Of a stretch of 56,761 nucleotides of DNA, positions 35,526-48,216 are shown piece by piece. The DNA is from Nemertoderma westbladi (lineage: Eukaryota > Animalia > Xenacoelomorpha). The notes under the pieces are model-generated. The model made no database searches. It was not told the origin of the DNA and saw only the letters and a list, made by a program, of their open reading frames with translations. Each line of letters opens with the position of its first letter. The first letter of the stretch is position 1. The stretch is taken from positions 1-56,761 of the forward strand of contig JAUCBJ010009162.1 of assembly GCA_032718475.1 (NCBI GenBank), given 5' to 3'. Position numbers and translations under genes: made by a program.

Positions 35526-36539
35526 AAATTACGAAATTACAGTAATACAATTGTGGCCTGTCTGCCTGTACCGGTACTATACTCAATGTCAATCCCTGAA
35601 TCAGGAATTCTGTAATCAGACAATACAGCAATACTGCAATACCATACTGTATTCGGTGTTTTACGGTACTGGCTGACTGGTACCGCGGTACCGGTGCAGT
35701 GATTATAGATCACGTATACTTGTACTACAGGACAGGCCTAATTCTGTACTGCTGTAGTCTCTAATTAGCCATGCAGTGCGGACTCCGGACTGTTGGACTG
35801 CGGTCCGGAATTAGATTAGAGGGTCCGTTGGCGCCGTACGCCGTACCGCCCTACTACCAGACTACTGTCAGACTGTAGAAGTATAACTGGACTGGTAACA
35901 ACTGCTGAACTGCCAACTACAGAACTACCGGTACGGTACCGAACTACGACAGCACTATACCGCATTTCTACGCTCCTGTCAGCGACAAAAGAAAATGAAT
36001 TTCTTCGTTTACGGTTTCTGCTCTTGTTAACGGTTAAATATGTTAAATAAAGACTATGTATGGGTACGACTGACGGCACCGGCAACTGGTATAATCAGAT
36101 GTAGATGTACATACCAATCTGCCAATACAACAATAGCAATAGGACTACCCCTACCAACCATCCATCGACTCGGCAACTGCAACAATGGAAGTTATGCGGA
36201 CTAACCAGCTGACCGGCATTCTAAGTTCAGGTACCCACTACCAGAGTCTACCCAGCTGCCCATAAAAGTGTTGGAATTGAAATCAAACAACTCATCACCA
36301 AGGCCGCCTCTGTCTGTTGACCTCGACTTTCGGTATCGCTGCCGCTATGGGCAAACTGGACTAACCGTAACCGAAGATGAAATCCGGTTTTTTAATATCA
36401 CTCTGCCATCAACCAGTGCCCGGCGGTGTTGAAATTGACACGCATTGTACAAGCAGTAGGCCTATTGCTCCGAGTTTCCAGCTGGTCAGGTGCAACTCTG
36501 CAACTACTGCATCTACATTGCCACACTATAACTCAGGCT

Positions 36540-37048
36540 CATGACGACGAGTGCTGCGTAGACTATATTCCTATAAACCAAAACCATACCTGGCTTCGCC
36601 TATTGAACGGAATATAAAGATCGTCAGTCTTCATTTATGAAAGATATTTAAATACAAAACAGGACGGGCACAACGAGACTTATAATGAAGACGAGTACTG
36701 CATGGACTATATTATTATATAAACCACCTGGCTTCACATATTGAACGCTTCCTAGTTATTAGTATTATAAAGATCGTCAGCCTGCGTTTAAGAAATATAT
36801 TTAAATACTAAATAGGACGAACGCAACGAGGCTTATAATGAAGACGAGTACTGCGTTTATTATATTCCTGTAAACCATTCCTGGTTTCGCATATTGCATG
36901 TATCGATAGTTATAAAGATTGTCAGTCTGCATTTAGGAAATATATTTAAATACAAAACAGGACGAGCGCAACGACGCTTATAATAATTAAGACGAGTACT
37001 GCGTTTATTATATTCCTATACACCACCTGGATTTGCATATTGAACGTG
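36540..37048. repeat. ~150-bp tandem repeat, ~3.3 diverged copies
   Basis: GACGAGTACTGC...CCTGGYTTC...AAGATCGTCAG...ATTTAAATACAAAACAGGACG recurs. Confidence 0.85.
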
Positions 37049-37698
37049 CGATTGGAAATAAGTTCGTTCCACCCTTCCGTGGGTGATAGAGGTCGCGGTT
37101 ATGTATTGGTGGTTGGGATGGGGGAGGGGGTGCAGATTAAAAGAGCTGAACACATACTGTCCTCCTTTCTTTGATTGATTGGTGGTGTGGGTAAATTTCT
37201 CAAAACCTGATTTTGTGATACAGTCGCTCAATTTTAATTTGTATCTCATAACTGGGCCTCGTGCTGCGCGAAGGCCCCACGAACGTGTACTGTTGATCTG
37301 TTGCTCTGTTGATCTGTTGTGTCCAATTGGTACATATGTAGTCTGGCAAAAGTTTAGAAATTTTCCAAGTTGAATTTGCATGGGTTCTTCGTGCAGCATC
37401 TGTGTAACTGTCTTGCAGTTATAATAAATTTATCTATCCAAAAATTATTAGGCTTGACATCAGCTAGTTGCTAGGAGACTGCAGGACACAGTATACCGGT
37501 ACTGCTCACTGCTGTTGCTATGTGGTAGGCCTAGCTTTCTAGACTGGTTGTCAGTCTGTCAGTGTGGTACTGCTACTGCATTATCTGAGTATTGGTACGT
37601 GCGGTAGGGAGTCCTGCCACTCCTGCAATTGCCTGAGTGATGTTTGAATTGCGATATCGCGACTATTCAGCCATATCATGTACCAGTACGGTACGGTA

Positions 37699-39811
37699 CC
37701 CAGTAAAAAATGTCAATGTGCATCACATGTGGCTGCATGAATATTTTACACATATGTGGCATACATCGAAATGAAACAGTCCAGACACATATGCAGTGCA
37801 TACGTCTAAGCATATATGCTCCAAAAATGATACTGATAGTGCTGCATATGTGCATTATATGTGCAGTGCACAAATATAATAATTTGTGAAAATGATGTGC
37901 CCATTCACATGCAAGCCAGAAGTAGTGGCTTTGATTCAGAAAAATAATTTATTATTAGACGACATATATGCATTGTTATATGTGATCTGTTATATATATT
38001 GCATAATACAATAACAAGTAGAAACAGATTACGCACAGATAACTGAAAAATTTATAATAAAAACAGTTCGATACGGAGCACCTAAGTGGACATGAAAAAT
38101 TAGCTATCTCATTATATTGACGAGCTATCTCATTATATTTATGTAGCTATCTCAACATTGACTTAAATATCTCATTATATTGACCTAGCTAACTTAGCTA
38201 TCTCATTATATTGACGTAGTTATCTCAACATTGGCATAAATATCTCATTATATTGACCTAGCTAACTTAGCTATCTCATTATATTGACGTAGTTATCTCA
38301 ACATTGGCATAAATATCTCATTATATTGACCTAGCTAACTTAGCTATCTCATTATATTGACTTAGCTATATCATTATATTGACTTAGCATCTCCATATAT
38401 TGATGTAGCTATCTCATTATATTGACTTAGCATCTCAATATATTGACGTAGCTATCTCATATTGACGTAGCTATCTCATTATATTGACTTATTGAAGTAG
38501 CGATCTCATTATATCGACTTAGCTATCTCATTATATTGACTTAGCATCTTAATATATTGACGTAGCTATCTCATATTGACGTAGCTATCTCATTATATTG
38601 ACTTAGCATCTCATATTGACGTAGCTATCTCATTTGAATAAAAAGGGGGTTTAATTCTGGAGTTGTAAGACCAGTTTGTTTGGTTGCTCTTAAAAACAAC
38701 AGTTTCAGTATTATATTTATAACAGTTATATTTCTGGAGTTGTTGGACCAGTTAGATTGATGACGGCCATCTCTTCTCCATTCGCTACATTCAGAGGTTC
38801 TCCATGCGGTTCTCCACAGTTCTCCACCTCGACGTCATCATGAGCAGATCCTTGACATCGTTCTCCATCTCTAGATTCATTGCCTTAAAATAAATAATTA
38901 ATAAATTAAAGAAAAATTAACATTATGCCTGTATTTATACCGGGAGCTGTAAGCGAAATTATCTATAATTATCTCATATACTATATAGGCCTACTAATTA
39001 TTTCGAAATCAGCCCTTGGTCTTTTAGTTTAGATTTGATCATTAATTTATTCACTATATTTTATTATTATATTCTTTTACGACATCTTATAGTTAATAAT
39101 TACCGGTATATACTGTACGTATAGTTTAATTTTATATTCTTAATATATGCATAATTAATAAATCTAACCAATAAGATCACACGGACTCCATTTTCTCAAA
39201 TCTACCATCTGTCGATGGACCAGAAACAAAACTTTCTTCAAGGCTGACTCAGTAAAGTCACATCTATGACTATTTACTTCTGACAACAAAGGGAATACAG
39301 GGAAATACAAGGGTAATAGTCAGGCATTACACATTACTATGTTACTATACACTAGTCGGCCTACTGCTGTACTGCAGTACAGCAGTATGCCAGAATTATT
39401 GTTTTACAAGTAGTGGCAACTAATAAAAAGGATATTCATCAGCATTAAATAGTGTTGATGTTAAGTCAAAAGCGTGGGAAAATAGACAGGTACAGAACAT
39501 AAGCTGTGACTGGCATATGTTTCGCACAAATTCCACACATATTCTCACCATAAATTTTCTGTCATGTTTACAGTAGCACATGTAAATCTTATGGGTATCT
39601 GATATGCCAATGCACAAAATATTGTGTGTCAAAGGCATATGTTTTAAATATATCAATCACAATTACATGAAACTGAGATTTAATGTGTGCCTTTACCACA
39701 TTCTATGCTTATGTGCTGAAATTATGTTGCTGCATATATTTTTGTTGGGCATAAGTTTCCCACATGACACATGTAATTCACATATGATACATATTACCAT
39801 TTTTAACTGGG
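37699..39811. mobile_element. Non-autonomous TIR element, EnSpm/CACTA-like (CCCAG ends)
   Basis: Imperfect ~40-bp TIRs (CCCAGTAAAAAATG... / ...CATTTTTAACTGGG), a 2-bp TA duplication and CATATG/CACATG-rich subterminal regions. Confidence 0.7.
38100..38635. repeat. ~22-bp minisatellite inside the TIR element
   Basis: TAGCTATCTCATTATATTGAC(G/T) units. Confidence 0.9.
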
Positions 39812-40134
39812 TACCTTAATCTTATTAAACATATGTTTTACAGTACGGTACCTGTACTGTTACCACCAATCGGCCCGGCAACAGCAACCATGCAGCCATG
39901 GAAGTTGTGAAATTATGTGGACTTAAGACAGACTGACATTGTCAGGTTATACCAGCTGACCTGATATTCCATGTTCCGGGATCCACTACTACACTTAGGT
40001 ACCCCAAAGCCAACAGCCTAATACTGCAATACCATTCGAGCAGAATTCGGGCCATACCTCGCTCTCTAGGAGTGCAGTGACTTCACTAACTTTGCACATT
40101 ATAATCCCAATTAGAAAGCAACAGGACAGAGAGT

Positions 40135-40233
40135 TGATATTGTGACACAGAAGCTCGAGTACTCTCACCAGATGGTGAAACTGAGTTCTTCTCAATCCTG
40201 GCTGGCGTACTGCAAGGTGACACATTGGCGCCA
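40135..40233 (+). pseudogene. RTE-like LINE RT fragment
   Basis: CDTEARVLSPDGETEFFSILAGVLQGDTLAP. Confidence 0.8.
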
Positions 40234-41109
40234 CTACTACAGTATTTGTAATAAATAAATTCACCCCTCTTGAAGGTATTATAATTCAATTGTATTTTTC
40301 TGCAATCAAAGATACATTTTCTGAAATATGCCCTACCTACACTACTGTACATGGCCTAAGTAATAATGCCCTGACATTCTAAAACATTATGCGTAGGCCT
40401 ACTGCATCAGTTTACTGTTTGCAGCTATATACTGTAGTTTATATAAGAAGTAGGTAACCCAATAGTAAGGCGATATTCTCCGAATATAATAGTCTACATA
40501 CGGTACGATTTGTAGAGTAGTAGATTTTTCACACTATCATTAATAATTTATTATTTATATTTATTTTATTATTAACAAGTTAATTACGTGTTTTTTCTTC
40601 TATTGCGCACATTTCCTTTTGTCTTTCCTCTTGGCCTTCTTCTTCTTTGCCCATTTCCTGACATTTGCACTAAAATGATAAAATTTGTTTAGTAATCGTC
40701 TTATAACTTGCATCACTCAGATTAATTACCTCAATCCACCTAAAAATTTCATAACCCAAAAGTAATGACATGACCATTATTTTTACCATTTCTGTTATCC
40801 CTTCCACACGCTGGTAGGCGTATCGTTTATTGTTATGGTTATAAAATTATAGTTACTCTGTAACCTGCACCATTCCATCAATTTGACACTTTCAATGATT
40901 TTCACAGTGATGGATAAATATATTTCATAAACATGTATACAGTATGTATATATTTTGCGGGAAATCTATATTTGATTTACGAAAGGGGCATATTATATAT
41001 TAATTTTACAAAAAAGGAAATAAATTATGACCAACACATTCTCTACACTTTTCAAATTTAGGAATGATTTACCACATCAAATTCTAAGTCCAGAAATTAA
41101 TTTTTCTAA

Positions 41110-42240
41110 TAAAAAAAAGGGCAGATATATAAAGTCGGGAGGTCTGTAGGTCTGTATTGCGCAGAAAGAGTCCCGACTCAAACGGACTACAACGTCCAAT
41201 TAAGGCTGCATCTAGGTCCCTGGACAGGCAGTACTCTGTTAATCTACAGGAGCTAATAAACCAACAGGTTGATGCCATCAATGATGCCGGCGACATAGGG
41301 CAATCATCACAGGCATGGAAATCGACTTGCTTACTTGCTTACTTGAAATCGACTTGGGCGGAAAAGCCAATCAACAATGAAGGTTAAGGCAGAATCACCA
41401 GCCGATCGCCTCAATGGTTGGAAGGAAAGGATTGGTTGGAAAGCTCCTCAATAATACAGGGTATTGCCCGATAACTTTATAGAAGCAAAAGTGTCTGAGT
41501 CTGTACTCCCAGATATTCCCATTGGCGATATCTCCTTTGATGAAGTGAGGCTGCTGCAAAGAGCATTAAGACCAATCGTGCCAGTGGAGTAGATGGTGTT
41601 CCCCCTGGGATCTTTAAAGGTGTTAGGAGTTCATTTACCCCATCTTAGTAGACATGTACAAAACGATGAGAGTCCCAAGGAATGAAAACGAAAAGTTGGT
41701 GCCAGTTCACAAGAAGCGCAACCTGATATGGAATTTTTTGGGGAATCTCATTGATCTCGATTGCATCACTGCTAAACAATAGAATTCTATTAAATCGCAT
41801 CAGGGATCCCATTGAGAGACTGCTACGCGGAAATCATAATTTGTTCCGTAAAGGTCGTGGGACCATGTAGCCAATTTTGGCACTTAAAAGGATAATTGAA
41901 GAGTTATCAAAAGAGAAAGACAGACATCTGGCTGTTATCTTTGTTGACTTCTTCAAGGTCTTTGATTCAGTCTCTCGCTCACATATGTTAATCGTACTTT
42001 CATTTCAGGTTCACTATGTCAAGTACAATGCACAAATCTCCAACCAGACACTATATAAAATTGGAGGTTTCACATTGGTTTCCCTAAGCTTGACACTAAA
42101 ACAAAGCCGCCTCCGCTTTTGAGGACATAGTTTTCGCCGTGAGGACCAGCCTGTGCACATTCTAGTGCTTTGGCAGCCCCATGGAGAAAATATGCATGGT
42201 GGACAGCCCATAACTTTTGTGAGAAGACTCCTTGAAAGAC
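41110..42240 (+). pseudogene. Decayed RTE-like LINE with internal deletion
   Basis: RASGVDGVP, LLNRIRDPIERLLR, FVDFFKVFDSVSR, then a jump to C-terminal RLRF*GH. Many frameshifts. Confidence 0.8.
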
Positions 42241-42694
42241 ACTGGCCTTGAAGATGCGAATAGTCTCTCGAAATTCATGGGGGATAGGGATTTGTGGCTG
42301 TGCAACTTTGTTGACAAGTCGGCATAGCATTCTTAATGCATGATGCATTGCGTTTCCAATTGTGGATTGCATGGTGGTGACTAAATATTTTTGTTAAGCT
42401 GGTAAAGTTACACTGCCGCAGGCCGTTTATAGCTCTATGGTGCTCTGTTGTCTGTTTTTACGAGTCAGATAAAGATTTCATACCCATCACAAGAAACTAC
42501 ATTATGCAGTAAGTAATCTCTACTTTGGCTTTACATGGGAATTAGACTTGGAGTATAAGTGACCATATTCTACTGTTGGGTTTCATCTCGCTAGTCGGCT
42601 CTGCTATATCACCAAATCACCACAAGCTAAACATTACAATTTGATGTCCTACTTAAAGAATAAAGACACAGTCGACTGTTACTGAAATACTTAC

Positions 42695-43191
42695 TGGTGG
42701 GCTTTCAGGCTTGAATTCATTAGCTGCACCATCACTAACGGCGACGTAATCGTATGCTTCGTTGCTTATTAGTTCAACATCTGGTACATCTTCTGCATAC
42801 TGATCGTTCAACTGACAGGTAGGTGGATTCTTCTTCCGATAGTTGAAAGACTTGCATTTTTTATTGCTGTAATACAAATTATTATGATGAATTTTCTATC
42901 TTAATAAATAATATTTCCTTCAGACAAAACGAAACGCCAAATAAAACATTATCTATGATATAGTTACCTGAGGCACATGCGACTGCAATTTATTCTTGAG
43001 AGAGTTGACTTTGATATATTTCTGATAACGTGATTAATCAGCTGATGGTCTTCAGAAGAGCCATGGTAACCTTCACCGAAGGTGGTGTCTCTATAGCAAC
43101 TGACGCTTGATTCTCCTGCGCCATAACATATCCGAGTTCTCCAGTTCATCAATACGATGAATGTAGCGACGAAGTATTTACGATAAATCAT
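42695..43191 (-). CDS. Two exons (43191-42968 and 42866-42695) of a putative secreted PAN/Apple-domain protein
   Basis: A GT-AG intron joins in frame to give HQLINHV...CSRMCLSNKKCKSFNY...CQLN. Hydrophobic N-terminus. A GTAAGT donor follows exon 2, but downstream exons were not found. Confidence 0.7.
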
Positions 43192-44344
43192 ACTGAATGC
43201 ACCGCAGCGACAGAAACCGTTTTAAAAAATCAAGTATTTTTAAAATCAAGTATTAGATTATACTTATTATACTTGAATTATACACCAGTACAGCAGTATT
43301 CACATAAAATACTCTGAAGGTTATTTATGGGCAGCATATTATTCTAAATCCTTCTAATACTGGAAAATAACAACACAATCTTGAAGAAGCTCGTGATTGA
43401 TTGGTTATGGTTAATGCCCGCTATACTATGATTGGAGGTTTAAACAGGAATTTTGACAGTGTAATACTGTGGAGATCTGGTACTCGTTGCGTGAATCTTT
43501 ACACGATGGGACACTTTTTGCCCAAGAATAAAAATAACTTTAATCAGATTGGGTTAAGATTGGGTCCAGTTTGGGTTCAGATATGTCTGAAGTGCTATCC
43601 TTTCAAATTAACTCCAATTATGAAATATTAGTTTGTGTAAAAATTGAATAAATAAAATAAAATTAAATATTTAAATTTGTTTTTATTTTATTTCATTTAT
43701 TCAATTTTTATTGAATACAAAAGGCATAACGTTTTAAAAAATGTTGCATCAAGAGTTCCTTACAAACAGCAAACTTCTGTCCAAATGTCCAGAAACTTAT
43801 TGCAGATCCCCTCTCAATCGTGAGACTTTGGTTGCAGTCTCTAATTACAGCAAAAAATGTGAGGGGGACTAGGTTTGCTGGACACTCTCAGCAACATTGC
43901 TCAACACAAGTCTCATGAGAATTTTAGTGTCTGAGGATGGGATACATTAATTGCTGTAACTGTAACATTTTAGCAAGTTATATTCCCAGCAACATTGTTA
44001 AAAACTACTTGTTAAATTTTCTATTATTTAGGCCTAATACTTGGTCGGACAGTAGAGTAGATCTGCTATTAACTCATCTATACTTCTTCAGCCGCCCACT
44101 ACTGATTCGCAATTTCCGTTCAAGCAGAATAGTTGATATAAGTTGTATGAGACATGTGTTGTCTCCAGCTGATGTTTAGTGTTGACCTTTAGTAGTCTTG
44201 TGTAACGACCATCAATTATTTGATAGTGTTCAAGCTTCCTTTTAAATTAAAATTCATGTATTCATTCGGTTTTGGTAACATTTATGTTCAATCCAATGCC
44301 CTTCGAAGCTGGCCCCCCAATAGTACGCGTATGCGTAAATACCT

Positions 44345-44717
44345 GAGTGTTTAAAGCTCATCTATCCCATCATAGTAGACATGTACCGAACAACAAGAGT
44401 CCCACAAGAAATGAAAACAAATAAGTTGGTGCCAGTTCCCAAGAAGGGCAACCAAACACTCTATGGTTCTTTTCGGGGAATCTCATTGATCTCGATTGCT
44501 GCAAAGCTATACAATATAATTCTATTAAATCGCATCAGGGATCCCATTGAGAGACTGCTCCGTGGAAATCAGAATGGGTTCCGTAAAGGTCGTGGGACCA
44601 TGGAGCCCAATTTGGCACTTAGAAGGATAATTGAAGAGTTATCAAAAAAGAAAGACAGGCATCTGGCTGTTATCTTTGTTGACTTCTTCAAGGCCTTTGA
44701 TTCAGTCTCTCGCTCAC
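44345..44717 (+). pseudogene. RTE-like LINE RT fragment
   Basis: VPVPKKG..FRGISL..AAKLYN..QNGFRKGR..FVDFFKAFDSV. Paralogous to about 41620-41980 and cut at 44717. Confidence 0.88.
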
Positions 44718-45965
44718 TGTAAAAGCTTTTGCGGATATAATCAGTCCCCCTCGCCCGCAAGGTACCGTTATAGGTGTTTTAACGGACATAAAAGTCATTC
44801 TTCTATATGTGTGCTTTGGCGGACATGGTAAGGCAAAAAACCCGCAATGCGTCAAATACCCTGGCACAGCTTAGCCTTGATGATTCAGATTACGACATCT
44901 AACAGCTGGTTGCTGACATGGAAACGGCCATTGGACACATGGTTCTTTGTTTAGCTTAACAGCCAATCAGAGCGATTTTTTCTGTCGATGTGGAGATATT
45001 TGGCAGATCGTGCTAGGAGTGTTCAGTCTTACTGTTTTTCTTGATACTGTTGTGTTGTTTCTATCTAGGCCAGGAACACCTGCTCTAGAGTCAATTCGTT
45101 TCAGACTTTAGAAGAAACATTAGTAGGCTTAGATTATAGAGCGTATAACTGTTATCGGTCCAGTACAATCAGTGCAATCAGCAGTAGTCTTATATCACTG
45201 CAACATACATTATTATACTGCTATTTACTGTTGTGTTATGGTTGAATATTATTATCTGGAGAACATCTATAAAGAACCCAAATTTCCCAATTTTCTTGAT
45301 ACACTACAGGTTAGAGAGACGGGTTACATATAGCGATTGTGACTTATATTATTGTGGTTTGTAGTGAATTTAATGCTATTTGATAAGCACTACATGAGTC
45401 AGTTGCTGTTCTCTTTATATATGATAAAATTCATTGACGGTCGGCAAATTAGTGAGCAGTATTGTGTGTTAAAGGTAGTGTGCATGATTGTGACTGATAA
45501 CTAAGCATTTCCTAAAGAATGCGCCTCATACGTGAATCATAAGCCTTACCGACTTACCGTTGTGTTTAGTATAAGTCATATCTCTGTTTACCTAGATAGA
45601 GCGCCACATCCTAAAGGAACTGTTAATATTTCCCGAAAGTGAATAATATTGGTCAGAAATTATTTATTAACGATCAATCGAATAATACAGTAAGCTTACA
45701 CTGCAATAACAATCTAAGCCCTCCGAATCCAGTCTCCCGGGTATATCCAGCGGGTGAATGGACGCGCACTAGGCTGGCTTCGGCTAATGTTGTATTTATT
45801 GGTATTAAATACTTGTCATTTTCTAAAGTCTATTTATAAACCAAAGACATATAAATTTTGGCAGGTTAAACTGCTAAAGGTCTTCAAAAGCGCGTACAAT
45901 AACAGTTATTGTCTTTGTTGCAGTAAGCAATAAAGTTGAAAGTACCGGTCGACCGGTAAACCTGA

Positions 45966-46165
45966 ACCGGTACTGCTGTAGGTCCGTAGGCCCAACTGCC
46001 AGAATCGGTACTGCTGTAGGTCCGTAGGCCCAACTGCTTGAATCGGTACTGCTGTAGGTCCGTAGGCCCAACTGCTTGAACCGGTACTGCTGTAGGTCCG
46101 TAGGCCTAACTGCCAGAATCGGTACTGCTGTAGGTCCGTAGGCCCAACTGTCCTAACCGGTACTT
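45966..46165. repeat. 40-bp tandem repeat x5
   Basis: CGGTACTGCTGTAGGTCCGTAGGCCCAACTG(C/T)... units. Confidence 0.92.
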
Positions 46166-46395
46166 CCAGTATAAGTACATTAGTATTATTCGATTTTGAT
46201 TATTGTATACCCGTAGGTCTCGATATTAAATCGGGGACGCCTGGTTTTTATTGGGATTTTACTTAGGTCTATTTCTGTCAGTTTAATTTCCTAGTAAGTT
46301 AATATTGAGCTGAAGACGTGTAAGTCTGCTCAGATTGTTCAGATAACTGTAGGCCGGACTGTTGTCGGATTGTTGTTGGGTTTGGAGAGATTACG

Positions 46396-46860
46396 GCGTG
46401 TGTAGAGTTTGTCTGATAAAGTGCCAGTTAGTAAGTTGGGGCAGCCAGAGCTGTAAGGTCAATCCCCTCTTAAAGAATAAGTCGTACTACCGTGTTAGAA
46501 CGCATACTAACTAACCATTTTGGAATCTGCACATACTGTAGTTTATTTAGGCTTGACAGTATTCTGCCAGCGTTTTGGCCTGTGTTTGTTTGTGTGGTCT
46601 GTTCAGGTACCGTAATAGTTATTGCTCAGATATTTTGTAGGCTGGATTGTTGTCTAGCTATTATTAGGTCTGAAGAGATTGCTGCGTGTGTGGAGTTTGT
46701 CTGATGAAGTGCCAGTTAGTAAGTTGGGGCAGCCAGAGCTGTAAGGTCAATCCCCTCTTAAAGAATAAGTCGTACTACCGTGTTAGAACGCATACTAACT
46801 AACCATTTCGGAATCTACACATACTGTAGTTTACTTAGGCTTGGTGGTAGTCTGCCAGCG
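46396..46860. repeat. Direct duplication, ~288-bp period
   Basis: 46396-46556 matches 46684-46843. Confidence 0.9.
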
Positions 46861-48216
46861 TTTGGTTTGTATTTTGTTTGAGTATTCTGTACGGGTAGCG
46901 TAAAATTTATTATTCAGAGTTTATGCGATTATTCGCAACATTCATGTCCCCAAGTTTATTCCTACAGTAATTGTGTTTGTTACACATACCGTTATAGTTA
47001 AATTAACCCCGGTACTACACGGGCTGCTTGGCGTAGGTAAAGACTGGTGACTTTGTGCTCCGGTCACTCCAGCAGATGCCGTGGTTCTTTTAACTGTTCA
47101 AGTATATTTAACTGCTAGTTATCTGTTTTTAATAAGTACTTGTACCTAATTTAGGGTTTGGTGTACAGTGCTTTCCGAAAGTAATTAGTGTGTAGGCAGT
47201 GTATTGTGTTGTAAAGTGGTTAATAGGCACGTTGGATCTGGTAGTCCGCGGTAATTAACTTCCAGGTAGGAACACTCCGTGATACATAACGTAGTACCTA
47301 TAGCGATACGGCTATAGGTCGTCAGGCGGTGGTATTTTTCCTATCTGGACAGTGCAATATATTTACTACTACTTATTATTTTCAAATACCGTAGTACCCT
47401 GTCCGTTGTAATAACCAGAAGTTCTAACCCTTTGTTAGGCTGGTTTGTAGACTTCCTGTAAAATTACCCTAAAATTTCGTACGTAATATTTTTGTTGTGT
47501 TTAATTAGAGAATTAATCTCACCCGTATCGTAAGTAATTTGTAGTATTAAGTAACTTAGGTAAATTAGAATTATCTGTTTTAGTGTCCCATAAGTAGCAC
47601 TTCACTGAGAGCGCACAGCTTCTGTGTAGTGACTTCCCCCAGAAATAATAACATTTATTTCAAATATTGACAAAAAACCCATTTTAAACGGGTATATAAA
47701 TATTATAAATCAACTCAAACGATTTATAAATAGTAGGCCTGCCATACAACAACTAGGTCTCAATATCAGTTGGACTACTGCTTAAATAACGGTAATAAAG
47801 TAAGTTAAAGTAACCAAGTAACCCTAAAATATTCAGAAATTCAATTATTCTAAAATAATTGACATACCGGTATTTACCATAGGCTTATTATATTTATTTC
47901 TATAAATTTGGGCTGAAATCATACCGGTATTCTGTAATTAATTCTAGTTCATAATTATACTTATATATACTATAAGTGTAAGCTGCATACCGGTATTCAC
48001 GATAGGCCTATTATATATTTATATATATTTGTGCTAAAATTATATACCGGTACTCTGTGACAAACCTAGTTTACAATACTTATATATACTATAAGTGTAT
48101 ACCGGTATTCTAATATACTGTAATAAATTACCGGTACTAGGCCAACGGTCATACTGAATTACTAGACTTGCTTTAACTGTAACTATAGCAGTAAGCATTC
48201 AACTGTATAGCTAAAC

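Noticed and set aside
40580-40870. Further exons of the PAN gene
   Set aside because: Acceptor-like sites exist, but the translations show no recognisable domain.
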